Notes under the pieces: generated by a model
Databases searched by the model: none
Told to the model about the DNA's origin: nothing
The model's input: the letters and a program-made list of their open reading frames with translations, nothing else
From: Octopus vulgaris
Taxonomy: Eukaryota
NCBI GenBank assembly: GCA_951406725.2
Contig: OX597818.1
Coordinates: 30,132,001-30,196,000, forward strand
Direction: 5' to 3'
DNA: 64,000 nt
Shown here: positions 1 to 12,559 of the stretch, one piece after another
How positions within the stretch are numbered: position 1 is the first letter of the stretch
Layout of the letters: each line of letters opens with the position of its first letter
Translations under genes and position numbers: made by a program

Positions 1-37
1 TTTCGTTAACTGGTCTCAAACTGTATATTGAACGAAA

Positions 38-338
38 GTAAAATTTTATAACCTCACCCCCACACTTTTTACCAAAAGGGAGAAAAAAACCACGATTTTT
101 CACGTGGAATCAACTCCCCTGAACTACTTTCCTGCAAATCCCCTATTTTGATGATTCAGAAAAAGGTGGGGGCGACACCTCTGCAGCCTGGATATTTTGG
201 AAAATATTTTTTATTTTTGGTGATAAGTGTCGGGGTGAGGTAAAAATTTACCATTTCCTCATCACCACAGGTTGATTCCATGTGAAAAACCTTGTATTTT
301 GGTGGAAAGCTTTGTGGTGAGGTGGTAAAAATTTACCA
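38..338. repeat. Foldback/MITE-like element with long imperfect inverted repeats
   Basis: 38-114 (gtaaaattttataacctcacccc...cacgtggaatcaac) is the imperfect reverse complement of 271-337. An internal partial copy lies at ~215-251. Confidence 0.55.
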
Positions 339-360
339 GAGAGGTATCTTGTTTTATTCC

Positions 361-1272
361 TCATCCTTTAAATCTTAAGGTCTTGCAAACTTTAATAGTC
401 CCAGATATTGTGATCATTTGTAGTGCATGAATTAAGGATTTGTGTTCTCTCTCCAAGAACCCAAGTTCAGTCATACTTAACTCCAGACTGGTTGGTGTGT
501 ATCCTGTTACTCCAATAATAATAGGTATATGAAGCTGAAAGTGTATCATGGGTACTGAATTTGCAAACTCTTTATCAGTGGTCCACAGAGGTTCTCTTTT
601 ATATTTTACTAACCACATTGGTGTCCAGCTAATTTCCACAATGGAACATATCTCTTCCATGTGGTTCCACACCACAATATCTTGCAATTTGTGGTTTAAC
701 TTAGTGGCTGTTTTAATTTTTTTAAGTTCCACCAATATTCTTCTGACCCATCAGTCTCAATATAGTCAACTTTGTCTGTTTTGTTTTTTATCTTCTTCCA
801 GACTGTTCTGGCCACCTCCTCATGCATCATTGGCAGATAAAACCTTCCTTGATAGCAGCAATTCATCTCCCCACCAGCACTATATAGTGCTTTCTTCCTC
901 TGATAAATTATCTACCCTTGGGGACAGATCTGTATCAGGTCTTATTTCATGTCCCCTCAAGTTTATTGAGCTATCCTAATTATGTTGTTGATTTCATGAT
1001 CACAAACTTGAGTGAGATTGTTACTGGCTTCTTTCCTCTGTTGCAGATGTTGTTTCAGTGTCATAATACATGCTTCATGTGACATCAATACAGATTTGTG
1101 ACCATGGCCACCATCCTTGTACGGGAAGTATAGTCTGTCTACATCTCCATTGATAATGATGTTTCCTGTAACACTGAGCAGCTTGCAGATTTGAACTTGA
1201 GTTCTTGTAGTGACCAGTCCAGAAAGCCAAATGTAGGTGTGAGGACAGGCTCTGCAAAGGTATGTATGTAGA
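361..1272 (-). mobile_element. R4/Dong-like non-LTR retrotransposon, decayed 3' fragment (RT C-terminus plus REL endonuclease)
   Basis: Minus-strand translations DVDRLYFPYKDGGHG and IPIIIGVTGY...LQMITISGTIKVCKT match the R4-type post-RT and REL C-terminal motifs. Frameshifted. Confidence 0.7.
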
Positions 1273-1930
1273 AACATCAGCTACCAAAATTGAACTGCGC
1301 ATGAATGCCAAGAAAACTGAATACATGGCTTTCAACCAATCAAGTGATGCTGAACAGTTTGCTTTGAGTGGTTTGAAATAGAATGATATTGAAAGCTTCA
1401 AGTACTTAAGTGATGGGTGAACAGTTTGGAAACAGACATCAAGGTTGGGAAGGCACAGACTAAAGAGAGTCTGGAACTCCATATTGCCCAGGCAAATCAA
1501 AATCAAGCTGTTCATTGCATCTGTCAAATCAATGCTATTATATGGCAGTGAAACATGGGTACTGAAAATGAAATTATCAAATGTGCTTTTACACAAGGAT
1601 GCTACAAATGGCCCTAAATGTGAAATAGCTGCAACAGACAAATGAATACCTTTATGGAAACTTGTTGAAAGTTAGTGAGAAGATCAGACAAAGATGGCTG
1701 TGACTATCTGGTCATTGTGTGCACCACCCTGAACTGAAAGCATCCAAATTAGTCATATGGAACCTACTTTGCGGTGTTATAAGAAGATGCACACATCATC
1801 GCACTTACATTGACAACTTGATAACAGACACTGGCCTGGAATGTATCCAGGACTGCAAGGCAATGATGTTGAACCAAGAAGTGTGGCAGGTGGACTTTGT
1901 TGCTGTGAACCAGGTTGGAACTCGGCTATA
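1273..1930 (+). mobile_element. RTE-type LINE 3' fragment (decayed RT thumb region)
   Basis: Translations MNAKKTEYM, IESFKYL and KIKLFIASVKSMLLYGSETW, followed by an (ATA)n run. Confidence 0.7.
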
Positions 1931-1934
1931 ATAA

Positions 1935-2118
1935 TAATAATGGTTTCAAATTTTGTCACAAGGCCAGTAATTTTAGGGGAGGGGCTAAGTTGATTACATC
2001 GACCACAAAAGAATGAAAAGTAAAGTCAACCTCAGCAGAATTTGAACTCAGAACATACAGATGGATATATGAGCATTTTTCCCAGTGCACTAATGGTTGT
2101 GCCAGCCCGCCACCCTAA
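1935..2118 (-). mobile_element. tRNA-derived SINE family B
   Basis: Reverse complement of the 3149-3357 element, including the B-box-like gagttcaaat. Confidence 0.7.
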
Positions 2119-2535
2119 ATAATAATAGTAATTATAATGTGTGTGTGTGTGAGAAAGAAAGAGAATTTGTAATGTCATATAAACTTTATAATATGCTGTG
2201 GTTTTCTGTCTATAATATAATACATATCCTCACCACCCAGGCACACTATTTCACTTGTCTCTCTCCCAACTATCACTTCCACAATGTCCCACCTTAAACT
2301 CCTTATTAACGGTTTTCCTATAGATGTTTTATTTGAATTATTTGCACAATCTCCACAATTCTTGACGAAATGCAAAGATCATAAATAATGCTCTTCTTAC
2401 TTAGACTGATGATGCACAACAAAAGAGAGAATTTCCTAAGAAGGAAAAAATTAGTAAAAATTGCAGAATTATAATACAAAAAAATTACTTTTGTCAATAT
2501 TTCATGCTTCCATAAAAGATAAGTTGTTTTCCACT

Positions 2536-3453
2536 TCTATATAGATAAAAGTGAAATTCTGTCTGTCTGTGACCCCTGTATCTCAGTCTACATTTGCCCT
2601 GCATAGACATATTATACTTTTTTGGAATCAGGGTGATCTCAGGATTGAAAATCTGACCTTCATTTGGTTCTTGAACATCCAGCATTGGGATCTGATGAAA
2701 GAGCATTTGGGTTGCTATTTCTAGCAGGTAAGATGACCATGAGAGATTTTAAATGGTTTACAAGCACTATAATAATAAACACAACATTCTGTGTTAGAAA
2801 ACTGACCAAAACTCTTTGAATTTAATACCAAAACTTTGTGACAGTTACCTCCATTACCTACAATAATACAATTAACAAGAGTCAAGGACAATCACTCTAA
2901 ATCGTTGGACTTCACCTCTTGCAGCAGTACTTTTACAATGGTCAGCTCTATGTTGGTTGTTCAAGAGTTGGAAATGGCAAAAATCTCTTTGTGTTAACAC
3001 CAAATGGTAAAACCAAGAATTTTGTTCATCTTACTGCTTTACAGTGATCTCCAAATATTACAATGATACAAAATTCTCCAAATATGATACTCTGTGATAT
3101 AAATTTGAGATGATAGCAATAAATGTTTCATTATAATTGCTCTCTTAAGGCAGTGAGCTGGCAGAAATGTTAGCACACCGGGTGTAATGCTTAGCAGTAT
3201 TTCATCTGTCTTTACGTTCTGAGTTCAAATTCTGCTGAGGTCAACTTTGCCTTTCATCCTATCGGGGTCGATAAATTAAGTACCAGTTGCATCCTGGGAT
3301 CAATCTAATCGACTGGCCCCCTCCCCCAAAATTTCAGGCCTTGTGCCTAGATTAGAGATTATTATTGCTGTCTTCTGTTTGGGACTGAAAGCTCAATTAG
3401 CCCTCAACAGGAACTAGTTTAAAATTCTGCATGGAGTGTGGCTTTTAAGCTAG
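2536..3453 (+). mobile_element. Internally deleted Helitron with a PIF1-helicase C-terminal remnant
   Basis: 5' TCTATATAGATAAAA start. ~2865-3048 translates TINKSQGQSL*IVGL...GQLYVGCSRVG...GKTKNFV. 3' decayed hairpin then CTAG|T at 3450-3454. A SINE and another repeat are nested inside. Confidence 0.7.
3149..3357 (+). mobile_element. tRNA-derived SINE family B
   Basis: Head ggcagtgagctggcagaa, B-box-like gagttcaaattc, ATT tail. About 10 copies in the window. Confidence 0.8.
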
Positions 3454-3599
3454 TTAATAATAGATGTAAAGCTTAAAATCTGTCTCAACAACTATTTATT
3501 GGGATTTTCCCTGGATGTTTAATTTTAGTCTTTATAGTATTTTAAATGTTAATTATACTTTCACTGATTTAACTGTTAACTATAATAAGTGAGTATGTA

Positions 3600-3846
3600 T
3601 GTGTATGTATTTATCTTTGTCTTGACATTGCATGATGGTTGTTAATGAGCATTACTCATATAAGTCAGTGTCCCTCGTTTCCAGTCTTCTGTTGAAACAT
3701 ATCCAACCATGGAAGAAATATTAACTTATTTGGAAACAGGTGAAGGCTGATGACAAGAAGGACATCTTGCTGTAGAAAATCTTTCTCAGGGAATTTCACC
3801 TCACATGTTCATGCATTAAAACATGGATGTTAAAATGATGATGATT
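3600..3846 (+). repeat. SINE-like fragment with RTE-type 3' tail
   Basis: Ends ...gctgtagaaaatc...atgttaaaatgatgatg. An inverted paralog lies at ~17550-17800. Confidence 0.5.
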
Positions 3847-3894
3847 ACAGTGGGTGGTGTCTCAAACTGGCTTAATTTTTGAATCAAGAAAGCC

Positions 3895-4327
3895 AGCCCA
3901 CTTATGCATACCTTTCCTTCTTGGGACATAAAACTCTGCTTGCAAAGACCTGTTGAGGCAAGTGAATTCGAAATCGATCAAAAATCAATGGAAATTGTAG
4001 TTGTGATACCAGTGCCGGTGGCATGTAAAAGAACCATCCAAACGTGGCTGTTGCCAGCACTGCCCCGACTGGCCTCCGTGCCGGTGGCACGTAAAAAGCA
4101 CCAACCGATCGTGGTCGTTGCAAGCTTCGCCTGGCACCTGTGCCGGTGGCACGTAAAAAGCACCCATTACACTCAGGGAGTGGCTGGCATTAGGAAGGGC
4201 ATCCAGCTGTAGAAACAGTGCCAGATCAGACTGGGCCTGGTGCAGCCTCCTGGCTTCCCAGACCCCAGTCGAACCGTCCAACCCATGCTAGCATGGAAAG
4301 CGTACGTTAAACGATGATGATTGATGA
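3895..4327 (+). mobile_element. Solo RTE 3' UTR (three gtgccggtggcac hairpin repeats plus GAT tail)
   Basis: Matches the 3' end of the RTE at ~57000-57502. Confidence 0.85.
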
Positions 4328-5298
4328 TTTGTTCATTGGCAAACATTCTGCCGAATAGTTCTACATAAAATGAAACGTATCCAGAGGTGTTGCTCCACCA
4401 GCACCTCACCATTTTGTCAATGTAGAAACAATAGTCAAATAGTATTCTTCTTGTATACTAGACTAATTTATCTTATTCTGCCTTTTTAAAGTTTCAAGCA
4501 TTATATATTCACCTCTCTGAAATTGAATATTATCTTAGCTATTCAAAATAGAATATTTTCAAGGATTTTTCAAAATGATTTAACAAAAGAAAAATAAATC
4601 AATAAAAGTTGGCTTAAAATGTATGAATGTTCATTGGAGTTACTTCCCTTAACAATCCACAACTTCGCAATTCTGTTTTTTTTTTTATAAGACTAGAAAA
4701 AAAAAATCCATAGCATTTTTATCTGCTCTTTGAGATATTTTTTATTAGTTATCAAGGTTGCATGTAGATGAGAAGGAAAAAAGTTTTCAGTTAAAAATAT
4801 ACATTTAAAAAGTTTAGTTTAGTTTTGAAACAAGCGTTTTTGGATACTTATTCAATGTAGTGGCAAAATTAAAACCATTTAGCTATATTTTCCATACTTT
4901 GTTTTCAACTCAAACTCTTTGGTCCTTTTGAAATATAAGCCAAGAAAATTATGGTTATTCAAGAAACTATCAGAAATGTTCTTTTTTCCCTTCTTGTTTT
5001 CAGTATGGACTTGTTTAGAATTTTATTGGTTGAGGATAATGGTGAAAGGCAATCTTAATAATAATGGTTTGTGCTGCTGCTGATGATGATGGTGTTAGAC
5101 TGAACTAATTCAAATTAATTTTTCTTCCTATCACTTTAGTCCTGAATTATGACTTTTCAGAAACTAGACAAAAATGCTTGTTTATTGCCAAATCTTTTTG
5201 AAAAAAGTCCAGGTACCAAAGAAAGGTATAGTCTATTGCTATCAGCAGTACTGGGTTCAGATCCTCCTTGGATTTAATGAAGTCAGTGGGAAATACAA

Positions 5299-5689
5299 TC
5301 TCTCTCTATATAAACGGCAGTTTGTCTGTGCGTGTTTCTGTGTGTCTGTTTGCTTGTACCCTCACTCTGACCACGGCTTTCAACCGATTCTGATGAAACT
5401 TGACACACACATAGCCCAATGTCATAATTCAAAACTAACGCAGCGAAAATTTTGAAAAGTTCCCCCAGTTCAGAAAAAGATCGATAAATTCGACATGGGG
5501 GTCGACAATCAGAAACACAAACCGCAGATGGTGTAGGGGACGCAACTCGGCCTTTTTTACTATCAAAAAAAAAATTTACCATCATTTTTTTCTTCCCATT
5601 TTTTTTGCTATTTTTTGGCTATAACTCTCTAAAAGTGCTTTATAGTTATTTCCCTTACAAACCCGAGCAACGCCGGGCGATACTGCTAG
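5299..5689 (+). mobile_element. Non-autonomous Helitron
   Basis: A|TC 5' end, cccgagcaacgccggg hairpin ~10 nt before CTAG|T, no TSD, CpGs retained. Confidence 0.8.
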
Positions 5690-6639
5690 TCTGATATAAT
5701 CTCATCTATCCTTTAAAAAATTCACTACTTCTATGGTACCCAACAAAAGTAGATTGAGATATTACTAGCACATTAAACAATTTATGCTAAACACATACAA
5801 ACATCATATCAAAATATAAGTTATTTTCTTGTTTTCCCTCATTACTTGAGTTACTTTGAAATTAAATAAAATAAATAAGAAAATACAAGTTCCTATACAA
5901 AAAATCCATTAAGAGTATTTTCTGAGAAATTATACCAATATTATGTGAACTTATTGGACTAGAATTATTGGACTTTGGAAGGGAGACCCGTCCAAAATTT
6001 ATATTTTGTTATAGAAGAAAGGTACTACATTTTCCCCTCTAGGCATCAGTATACTGATACATTATTTGAGGAGTATCTGCAAATTTCATGTGTATTCTCC
6101 CTATCAATTATCACCCCTCCTTTCTTAATTACATTTTTTTTTCACTTTTCTTGCCTAATTGATATTTACCATTGACAACACCTTCACCCTTGTACATCAT
6201 TCACTACATTCATCTCTATCCCCATCTTTAACCATCTGTCACTCACCCCTTAAATTCTTATGACTTTACTCACCAACTCTTCCTCTGTATTCTCTTATAC
6301 TCATCTTCCTCCATATTGAGAGTATGTCCTGACACCTCATCACCACCATCTTTACCTCTCTTTCCAGTTATTCCAACCCACCCTTATCTCTTCTACAGCA
6401 AAACATCTGTTCCTGTCCATCTATCAACACTTGGCATAAAGCCATCTCCCTCTCTGCTATACCTTTACTCAGCTAAAGGGTCTTTTTCCCTGTCTTGAAA
6501 ATTACTTGCTGACCTCAAGTGTGAAAAAGCACCCAGTACATCATGTCAAGTGGTTTCATTGGGATAATGTGGATGATCTAACATGTTCATAGAACTTTGT
6601 ACTTTTATAGTTTTCCAACATTCAGTTTATTTATACATA

Positions 6640-7024
6640 GGCGCAGGAGTGTGGTAAGTAGCTTGCTAACCAACCACATGGTTCCGGGTTCAGTCCCACT
6701 GCATGGCATCTTGGGCAAGTGTCTTCTGCTATAGCCTCGGGCCAACCAAAGCCTTGTGAGTGGATTTGGTAGACGGAAACTGAAAGAAGCCTGTCGTATA
6801 TATATATATATATATATATGTTTGTGTGTCTGTGTTTGTCCCCCTAGCATTGCTTGACAACCGATGCTGGTGTGTTTACGTCCCCGTCACTTAGCGGTTC
6901 GGCAAAAGAGACCGATAGAATAAGTACTGGGCTTACAAAGAATAAGTCCTGTGGTCGATTTGCTCGACTAAAGGCGGTGCTCCAGCATGGCCGCAGTCAA
7001 ATGACTGAAACAAGTAAAAGAGTA
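6640..7024 (+). mobile_element. tRNA-derived SINE family A (CORE-like cttgggcaagt, internal TA/TG microsatellite)
   Basis: A-box-like tggtaagtagc, B-box-like gggttcagtccc, tail gtcaaatgactgaaacaagtaaaaga. Many copies in the window. Confidence 0.85.
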
Positions 7025-7399
7025 TTAGATTAGATTTTACACAGTAGGGTGAGATTATGATGCAGAAGTAACTACAAACACTAAACATATGATATGCTAT
7101 ATGAGCCTTTCACTCTAATTGTTTTGAGCACTTTGGTATTTTACATAAAAAAAAAGCAGTCTAACCATGACCCTTAAACCATGTGTGTGTGTGTGTGTGT
7201 GTTTTCTCTTTATTTTTAATTATTTGAAGTTTTCTGTAAGGAAAGAGCTGGTTTCTAACAAATATGCAAAGCTCCATCATGGGAATGTAGATAACAAAAA
7301 CAACATCGCAGTTTGAACTTGAGAGAAGTTTTGCATACATCTGGCATAAAAAATATCCCTCTCTACCACACCCCTACTCCATTGAAGGGTCTTTTTCTT

Positions 7400-7583
7400 T
7401 TGTTCATTCTGCAGAATATTCTCAGCCCTCTCAAGGAATATGCTAATAGCATTGGCTATTTGATTTATAGTCAATTGTCTGTCATCCATTACCATGTGGG
7501 AAACACTATCAATGTTTTCCTTGGTGGTGTCATCTTCAAGTCTCTATGTTCCCCTCCTATTAACTTTTCAGCCCACCCTCATA
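7400..7583 (-). mobile_element. mariner 5' fragment (TIR plus HTH remnant)
   Basis: TIR aacttttcagcccaccctca resembles the 3' TIR at ~10325-10344. Translation MVMDDRQLTINQIANAISI. Confidence 0.6.
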
Positions 7584-7585
7584 TA

Positions 7586-7684
7586 TATCATCATCATCAT
7601 CATCGTTTAACGTCCGCTTTCCATGCTAGCATGGGTTGGACGGTTCAATTGGGGCCAGTCAGATCTGGCAGTGTTTCTACAGCT
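7586..7684 (-). repeat. RTE 3' tail fragment
   Basis: (CAT)n followed by cgtttaacgtccgctttccatgctagcatgggttggacgg. Confidence 0.75.
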
Positions 7685-7689
7685 ATCCA

Positions 7690-8130
7690 AATTGAGGGAG
7701 TAGACCAGGTAAAATCCAGGTTATATATATTTCCTAGTGAGCAGGTCCTCTAAATTACTCAACAAGAGGTGCTCAGCTAGTTACTCATCAGGATGATGAT
7801 ACCTTAATGATATGAAGGTTACATTGTCATTTGGGAATCCCAAGTTAATTCATTGAAGATGCGATTTGAAATGAGTGATGAAGCCAGAAGAACGGAATGT
7901 AGCTTATAGTAGTTCTTGTGTCTGGTAATATTATTCCCTACTTTGGTAGTTGGTATAGTCTAATCCCTAGGTTGGTTAAGGGCAATGGGCAGAGTATTAG
8001 GATTGAGGCTAGTGGGATGAGAGTCAGTGTTAGTAAGAAGGTTTTAAGGATGTCCTTAGGCTATGGGCAGGGGTGAGGTTAGAATGTGTTGTATTAGCTT
8101 GATTAAAGTTAACTAATTTCTGGTTATGTA
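7690..8130 (-). mobile_element. Possible Penelope-like terminal region (degenerate hammerhead-like core, degenerate TTAGGG-like tract)
   Basis: Minus strand CTGATGA...hairpin...GAAA at 7791-7730. G/T-rich ttagg-like repeats at 7960-8100. Confidence 0.35.
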
Positions 8131-8607
8131 GCTTCTTATTGATAAGTCACCAAATTATACTGGCAATGTTAATTGTGATGGAGTATGAAAATTTAATAAA
8201 TATTACCCCTCAGTGTTAATTCTGCTTTTGATGCTAATGTATAATTTTTAAGAAACTTCTTTTCTCAAATCAGAAAATTGTCTCTACTATTCCTTTATCT
8301 CCACCCAAACCCTTTATTATCCATCCTTCTTTCTTATAAAACCAGCTCTTCTTTCTCCATACAAACTCATGTACACCACACCTAATTTTCATATACATTG
8401 TTCCACCCTCCAAATGGATGCACCACCTAAAACACTATAGATAAGGTTTGTAAAGAAACTGAAGTAATCAGTCTGATGACAATAGGTAAACTGAAGCTTC
8501 AAATTCACTGTCACACTTTTCCTTGAAAAAAATTATATAGATAAGTAAATAATTAAATAAATAAATAAATATGTATATGTGTTTGTGTGTACATATATAT
8601 GTATGTA

Positions 8608-9800
8608 CACAGACATGACAGAAGTAAATATACACCCTTTTAACCATTAAAAATTTATTTAAATCTGAAATTATACATTCAAATTATTTATTAATTATTA
8701 TAATGTGAATACCTAATATTTAGTAGACATGCCCTTTACATTTTTCAAAGCAATGATCGTATAAGGCATGCTACTGATCAGATGATGAATATTCTCTTGG
8801 GGAATTTCTTACCAAATTTCATGCAGTACTCTCAAAAGATCTGGCTTTGAAGATGCTTTCTTGTTCTTTTTACAAAGCGTTCTGTCCATTATGCCCCAGA
8901 GGTGTTCAATAGATTTCATATCTGTTGGCTGGCTTGGCTATGGAAGCTTTTTAATGCTATTTTCTTCCAACTAATCTTGGGTCTTTTTAGCCATGTGACA
9001 AGGAGCCCCATCTTTCATAAATAAAGAATCTTCTTTAATCATTTCACCACTGGAGAAGATTGGAAGGAGTCCTTTCTGCAATATGGACACATATTTATCT
9101 GAGTTTATGCTTCCATCACACTCTACCAGCTCTGATTGACCATTTCTCTAAATTGCTCCCCAGATCATCACAGAATAACTGCCTTGTTTCATTGTTGGCA
9201 GCAATCTTTCTATATCAAATTCTTGGTAACAGTGTCTCGAGACCCACACTTGACCACTGTCAGAAAATACAGTAAATCTGGACTCATCAGAGAATATGAT
9301 AGTGTTCCAAAATGCAAGCAGCCACTCCATCATCTCACTAGCCCAATCTTTTCTCCATTTGATATTGGCTGGTTGAAGAAGTGGCCTCCTTCTTGCTGCT
9401 CTACCATAGTAATCAAGTTTGTGGAGATACCTGAGAGCTGTTCTGAGACTGATATCAACTTGTTCTGCTATGTTAGAGGCCTTGTAATGAGAATTATCCT
9501 CCTCACTTCACTCAACAAAACAAAGGATCCTATCAGAGGGCCCTGGTTGACATAGGCAAGGTGATGTGGGCTCCTCCCCCTCTCTGGTGAGTTGCACATT
9601 CATTGTTTGAGGTAGATCCAGCTGGTTTCCTTGAATGTTTCCTAACCCAGGAAATCACTTTGAATCAGACACAAAGAAACTATCCATGTAATGGAAATAC
9701 TCCACTTCACTATTGCAAAAAAGACCAAGGTCATTTCATCTGCAAGGAAGGTGATAGCATCAGATTTTTTGGAATGCAAAAGGCATTGTTGTGCATACTG
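8608..9800 (-). mobile_element. Tc1-family (DD34E) transposon, pseudogenised transposase
   Basis: [17 protein letters not shown] and FMKDGAPCH...PSQPTDMKSIEH, with 34 residues between D and E and in-frame stops. TA plus TIR-like end at 8606-8640. Confidence 0.85.
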
Positions 9801-9849
9801 TCTATCTTTAAATGGGTCACTCCTCCAATGGGGAGTACTATATCAACCT

Positions 9850-10346
9850 GCTGATGCAGTTATGTAAAGCTAACAAAACCAAATGTCCAAGAAAACTAAG
9901 GAAATGGATTTTGTTTCATCAGGACAATGCTCCAGCTCACAAGTCCTTAATTTCAATGGCTGCAGTTCAAGACTGGCTTTGAATTGGTTGATCACCTCTA
10001 TACTCCTGATGTGACCCCATCTGACTATGATCTGTTCCCCAACATATAAAACACTTGGCTGGGACTGTTCCCCAACATATAAAACACTTGGCTGGGACTG
10101 TTCCCCAACATATAAAACACTTGGCTGGGAACCAGTATCACAGTATTTGTGATGTCATATCTGCTGTTTATGACTTTTTTGACCAACAGGAGGAAAGCTT
10201 TTTTACCAATGGAATACAAGCACTACAACACCGATGGCAGAAGTGTGTGGACAGAATGTGGAACTATCTTGAAAAATAAACTTCATTTGGTTACATTGCA
10301 TGAGATTATCTTGGTCAGCCTAAGAACTTTTCAGCTGAACATTGTA
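9850..10346 (+). mobile_element. mariner transposon 3' fragment
   Basis: LFHQDNAPAH, YTPDVTPSDY and FFTNGIQALQHRWQKCVD, then a TIR ending ...ttg|TA. Confidence 0.85.
10032..10130 (+). repeat. Three perfect 33-bp tandem repeats within the mariner
   Basis: ctgttccccaacatataaaacacttggctggga x3. Confidence 0.95.
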
Positions 10347-10364
10347 CAAACACACACACACATT

Positions 10365-10597
10365 AAAGGGTAAAAGATCCCCTTCTGTCATGAATGACCA
10401 TCAGACTGCACCTAGCAAATTCACTTCCAAGGCACAAGTCTGGGCATGGTTTTTTTGTGGAAGACCAGTAGTTGCCTATGCATACCAGTCTCCCCTCTTC
10501 ATGCCACCAATATTGTCCAAAGGAAAGGCAAAGGCCAACTTGGCACCAATGACATCACAACTCATTTCTATAGCTGAGTGAACTGGAGCAACAACTT
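10365..10597 (-). mobile_element. SINE 3' portion (family C-related)
   Basis: Shares the ctcattt...gctgagtgaactggagcaa motif with 35865-35900. Confidence 0.55.
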
Positions 10598-11379
10598 GAG
10601 GTATGGCATCAATACTTATTTAAATGTCTTTATTAATCTTTATTTGTTACTAAGAGGAATACATTTCTCACCCAATAATCATTATTCAATCACATTCCCT
10701 TCATACCAGTGTAGTCGTCTCTTCAGTAAATATTGTCAAATATATTTAATGCAGTATTACTACACAATTATGCAAATTAACAAGACAATCACAAATGATC
10801 ACCCAAGACATTTAGTCTCTAATTTCTGTAGGTCTTCTGTGTTGAACAAATATGTCTTACAACCATACTGTGAAGCATTACATTTCTTTTACATGATTGC
10901 AATAGATTAAGAATATATTATGTTCAGCATATTATACACCTCACTGTTGACTTTGTAATCCAAATTCATGTCACTGACTCCATAGTTTCTCTTAGTTCCT
11001 TTTCGTTTTAATCAATGTGTGCATGCATGCACACACACATTTGTGTGTGCACGCGCACGCGTGTGTTTCCCTGCATTTACACTTCTCTGAATATTATTTA
11101 GCTAAAAGTTGTGTGTAATGTCATTTTGTCTTGCTTGTGAACAGATTAGTCACTGGTTCTGTAATTTCAAAGAGGTGTCGAATAAGAAATTTGTTATTCG
11201 AAAATCTGTTATGGATTAGTGACAGGAAGGGCATCCATCTGTAAAACAATAACTAAAAAATATATTCATCTAACCCATGCTAGCATAGAAAAACAAATGC
11301 ATAAATGAACAAACACATATATATGAATACAGAAAAAGTGGTTAACACTACCTACTTTTTGTGTGTAGGGAGAAACTGT

Positions 11380-11805
11380 TTTTCACTCTAGAGTAAACGT
11401 CCCCTAAATGTCTTAGACTAAATTTATATACTTATCTCTATAACTACTTCTGGCATGAATTTGGTCATCCAAATAATGAAAACTGCCTACAGCTTTTAGT
11501 GAACCATCTGGGCAAATCAAAGACTTTGTTTTTCAGGGAGTATTCTATGCATCACCCAGGGAATCTCTTGCATATTTTGTGCATACATTGTTTCTTATTA
11601 AGGACAATATTTAAATTTTATTGTCCTATTGTATATGAAGCAGGGCCACTGCTCAGATGACATTTTGTGATTTCTGATATAATTGGTCTTTTTGTCTTTA
11701 ACATATTGAGATTTAGGTTCTGAAATTATTTATACTTCCTAGTTTGGATCTGTACTTTGAGCACTTTGATGGATATTGCTATGAGAGCCAAGTTATCAAC
11801 ATGAT
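11380..11805 (-). mobile_element. Highly decayed RTE RT fragment
   Basis: Minus strand VDNLALIA...QWPC, homologous to YADDLALIA...RWPC of the intact copy. Confidence 0.5.
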
Positions 11806-12559
11806 TAATATTGTATTTTTTCATTAAGAATATTTCAACTTCTGACTTACACACACTGTCTCTTCACTTTATCTTTCATACTGGTATTATTTATGACCTT
11901 TGGTCCTCTGAGAAGCTTCACTTAATCCAATTCATCCTTCCTCTCCTCATTACCCATATTATGTTCCTATCTTCCCACTTCAGACTCTACTCTAATACTT
12001 ACCCAATCCTTTTTTCCAAGCGAGTTATCCTTCTAGAATACCCTCTTCACCCATGTTTCTCCTGCTGTCATTAAATTACAATCATTCAAAAAGAGCATCA
12101 ACCTTATCAAGCTCACCAATCTTGGAAGGTCTGAAAAGATCATGAATGTAGTCCTTTCCTTCTAACCAAATCATTAAAAAAGAAAAAAGTCAATATTCTT
12201 TTCTGTAATGAAAAAAGTCTAAGTATATTGAACATATATATTTTATTCATACTAGAAAGAGAAGACAAGTAAAGATGGTTCAGCTAAGTTGATCTCAGAA
12301 CAGTAAAGCATCCAGTTTGTCAACTTTACCTTGTTGTCTCCACTGCCCTGTGAGGAAGATTCACATAGATCTGAACTTAAAAAGTTCCTTTCAAACCTGA
12401 GCAAGATACTTTCTAAGGAATATCAGAACTTAGTATCAGTGATGGAATGACAAAATGTTCTTTGGTGGCCAGTTCCATTCCCTCAGTTCTGAGTTTAAAT
12501 TTTGCAGCCAGAATTCATTTTCATCTCTATATTTCCCTTTCTTTCCAGATTTCTGGTTC

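Noticed and set aside
6640-6720. tRNA genes at SINE heads
   Set aside because: A/B boxes are present but there is no full cloverleaf, and they continue into multi-copy SINE bodies.
7960-8100. Interstitial telomeric array
   Set aside because: Only degenerate TTAGG-like words, with no clean tandem hexamers.
12250-12450. Possible coding exon after a tag acceptor
   Set aside because: Early stops or unrecognisable peptides and no convincing donor.
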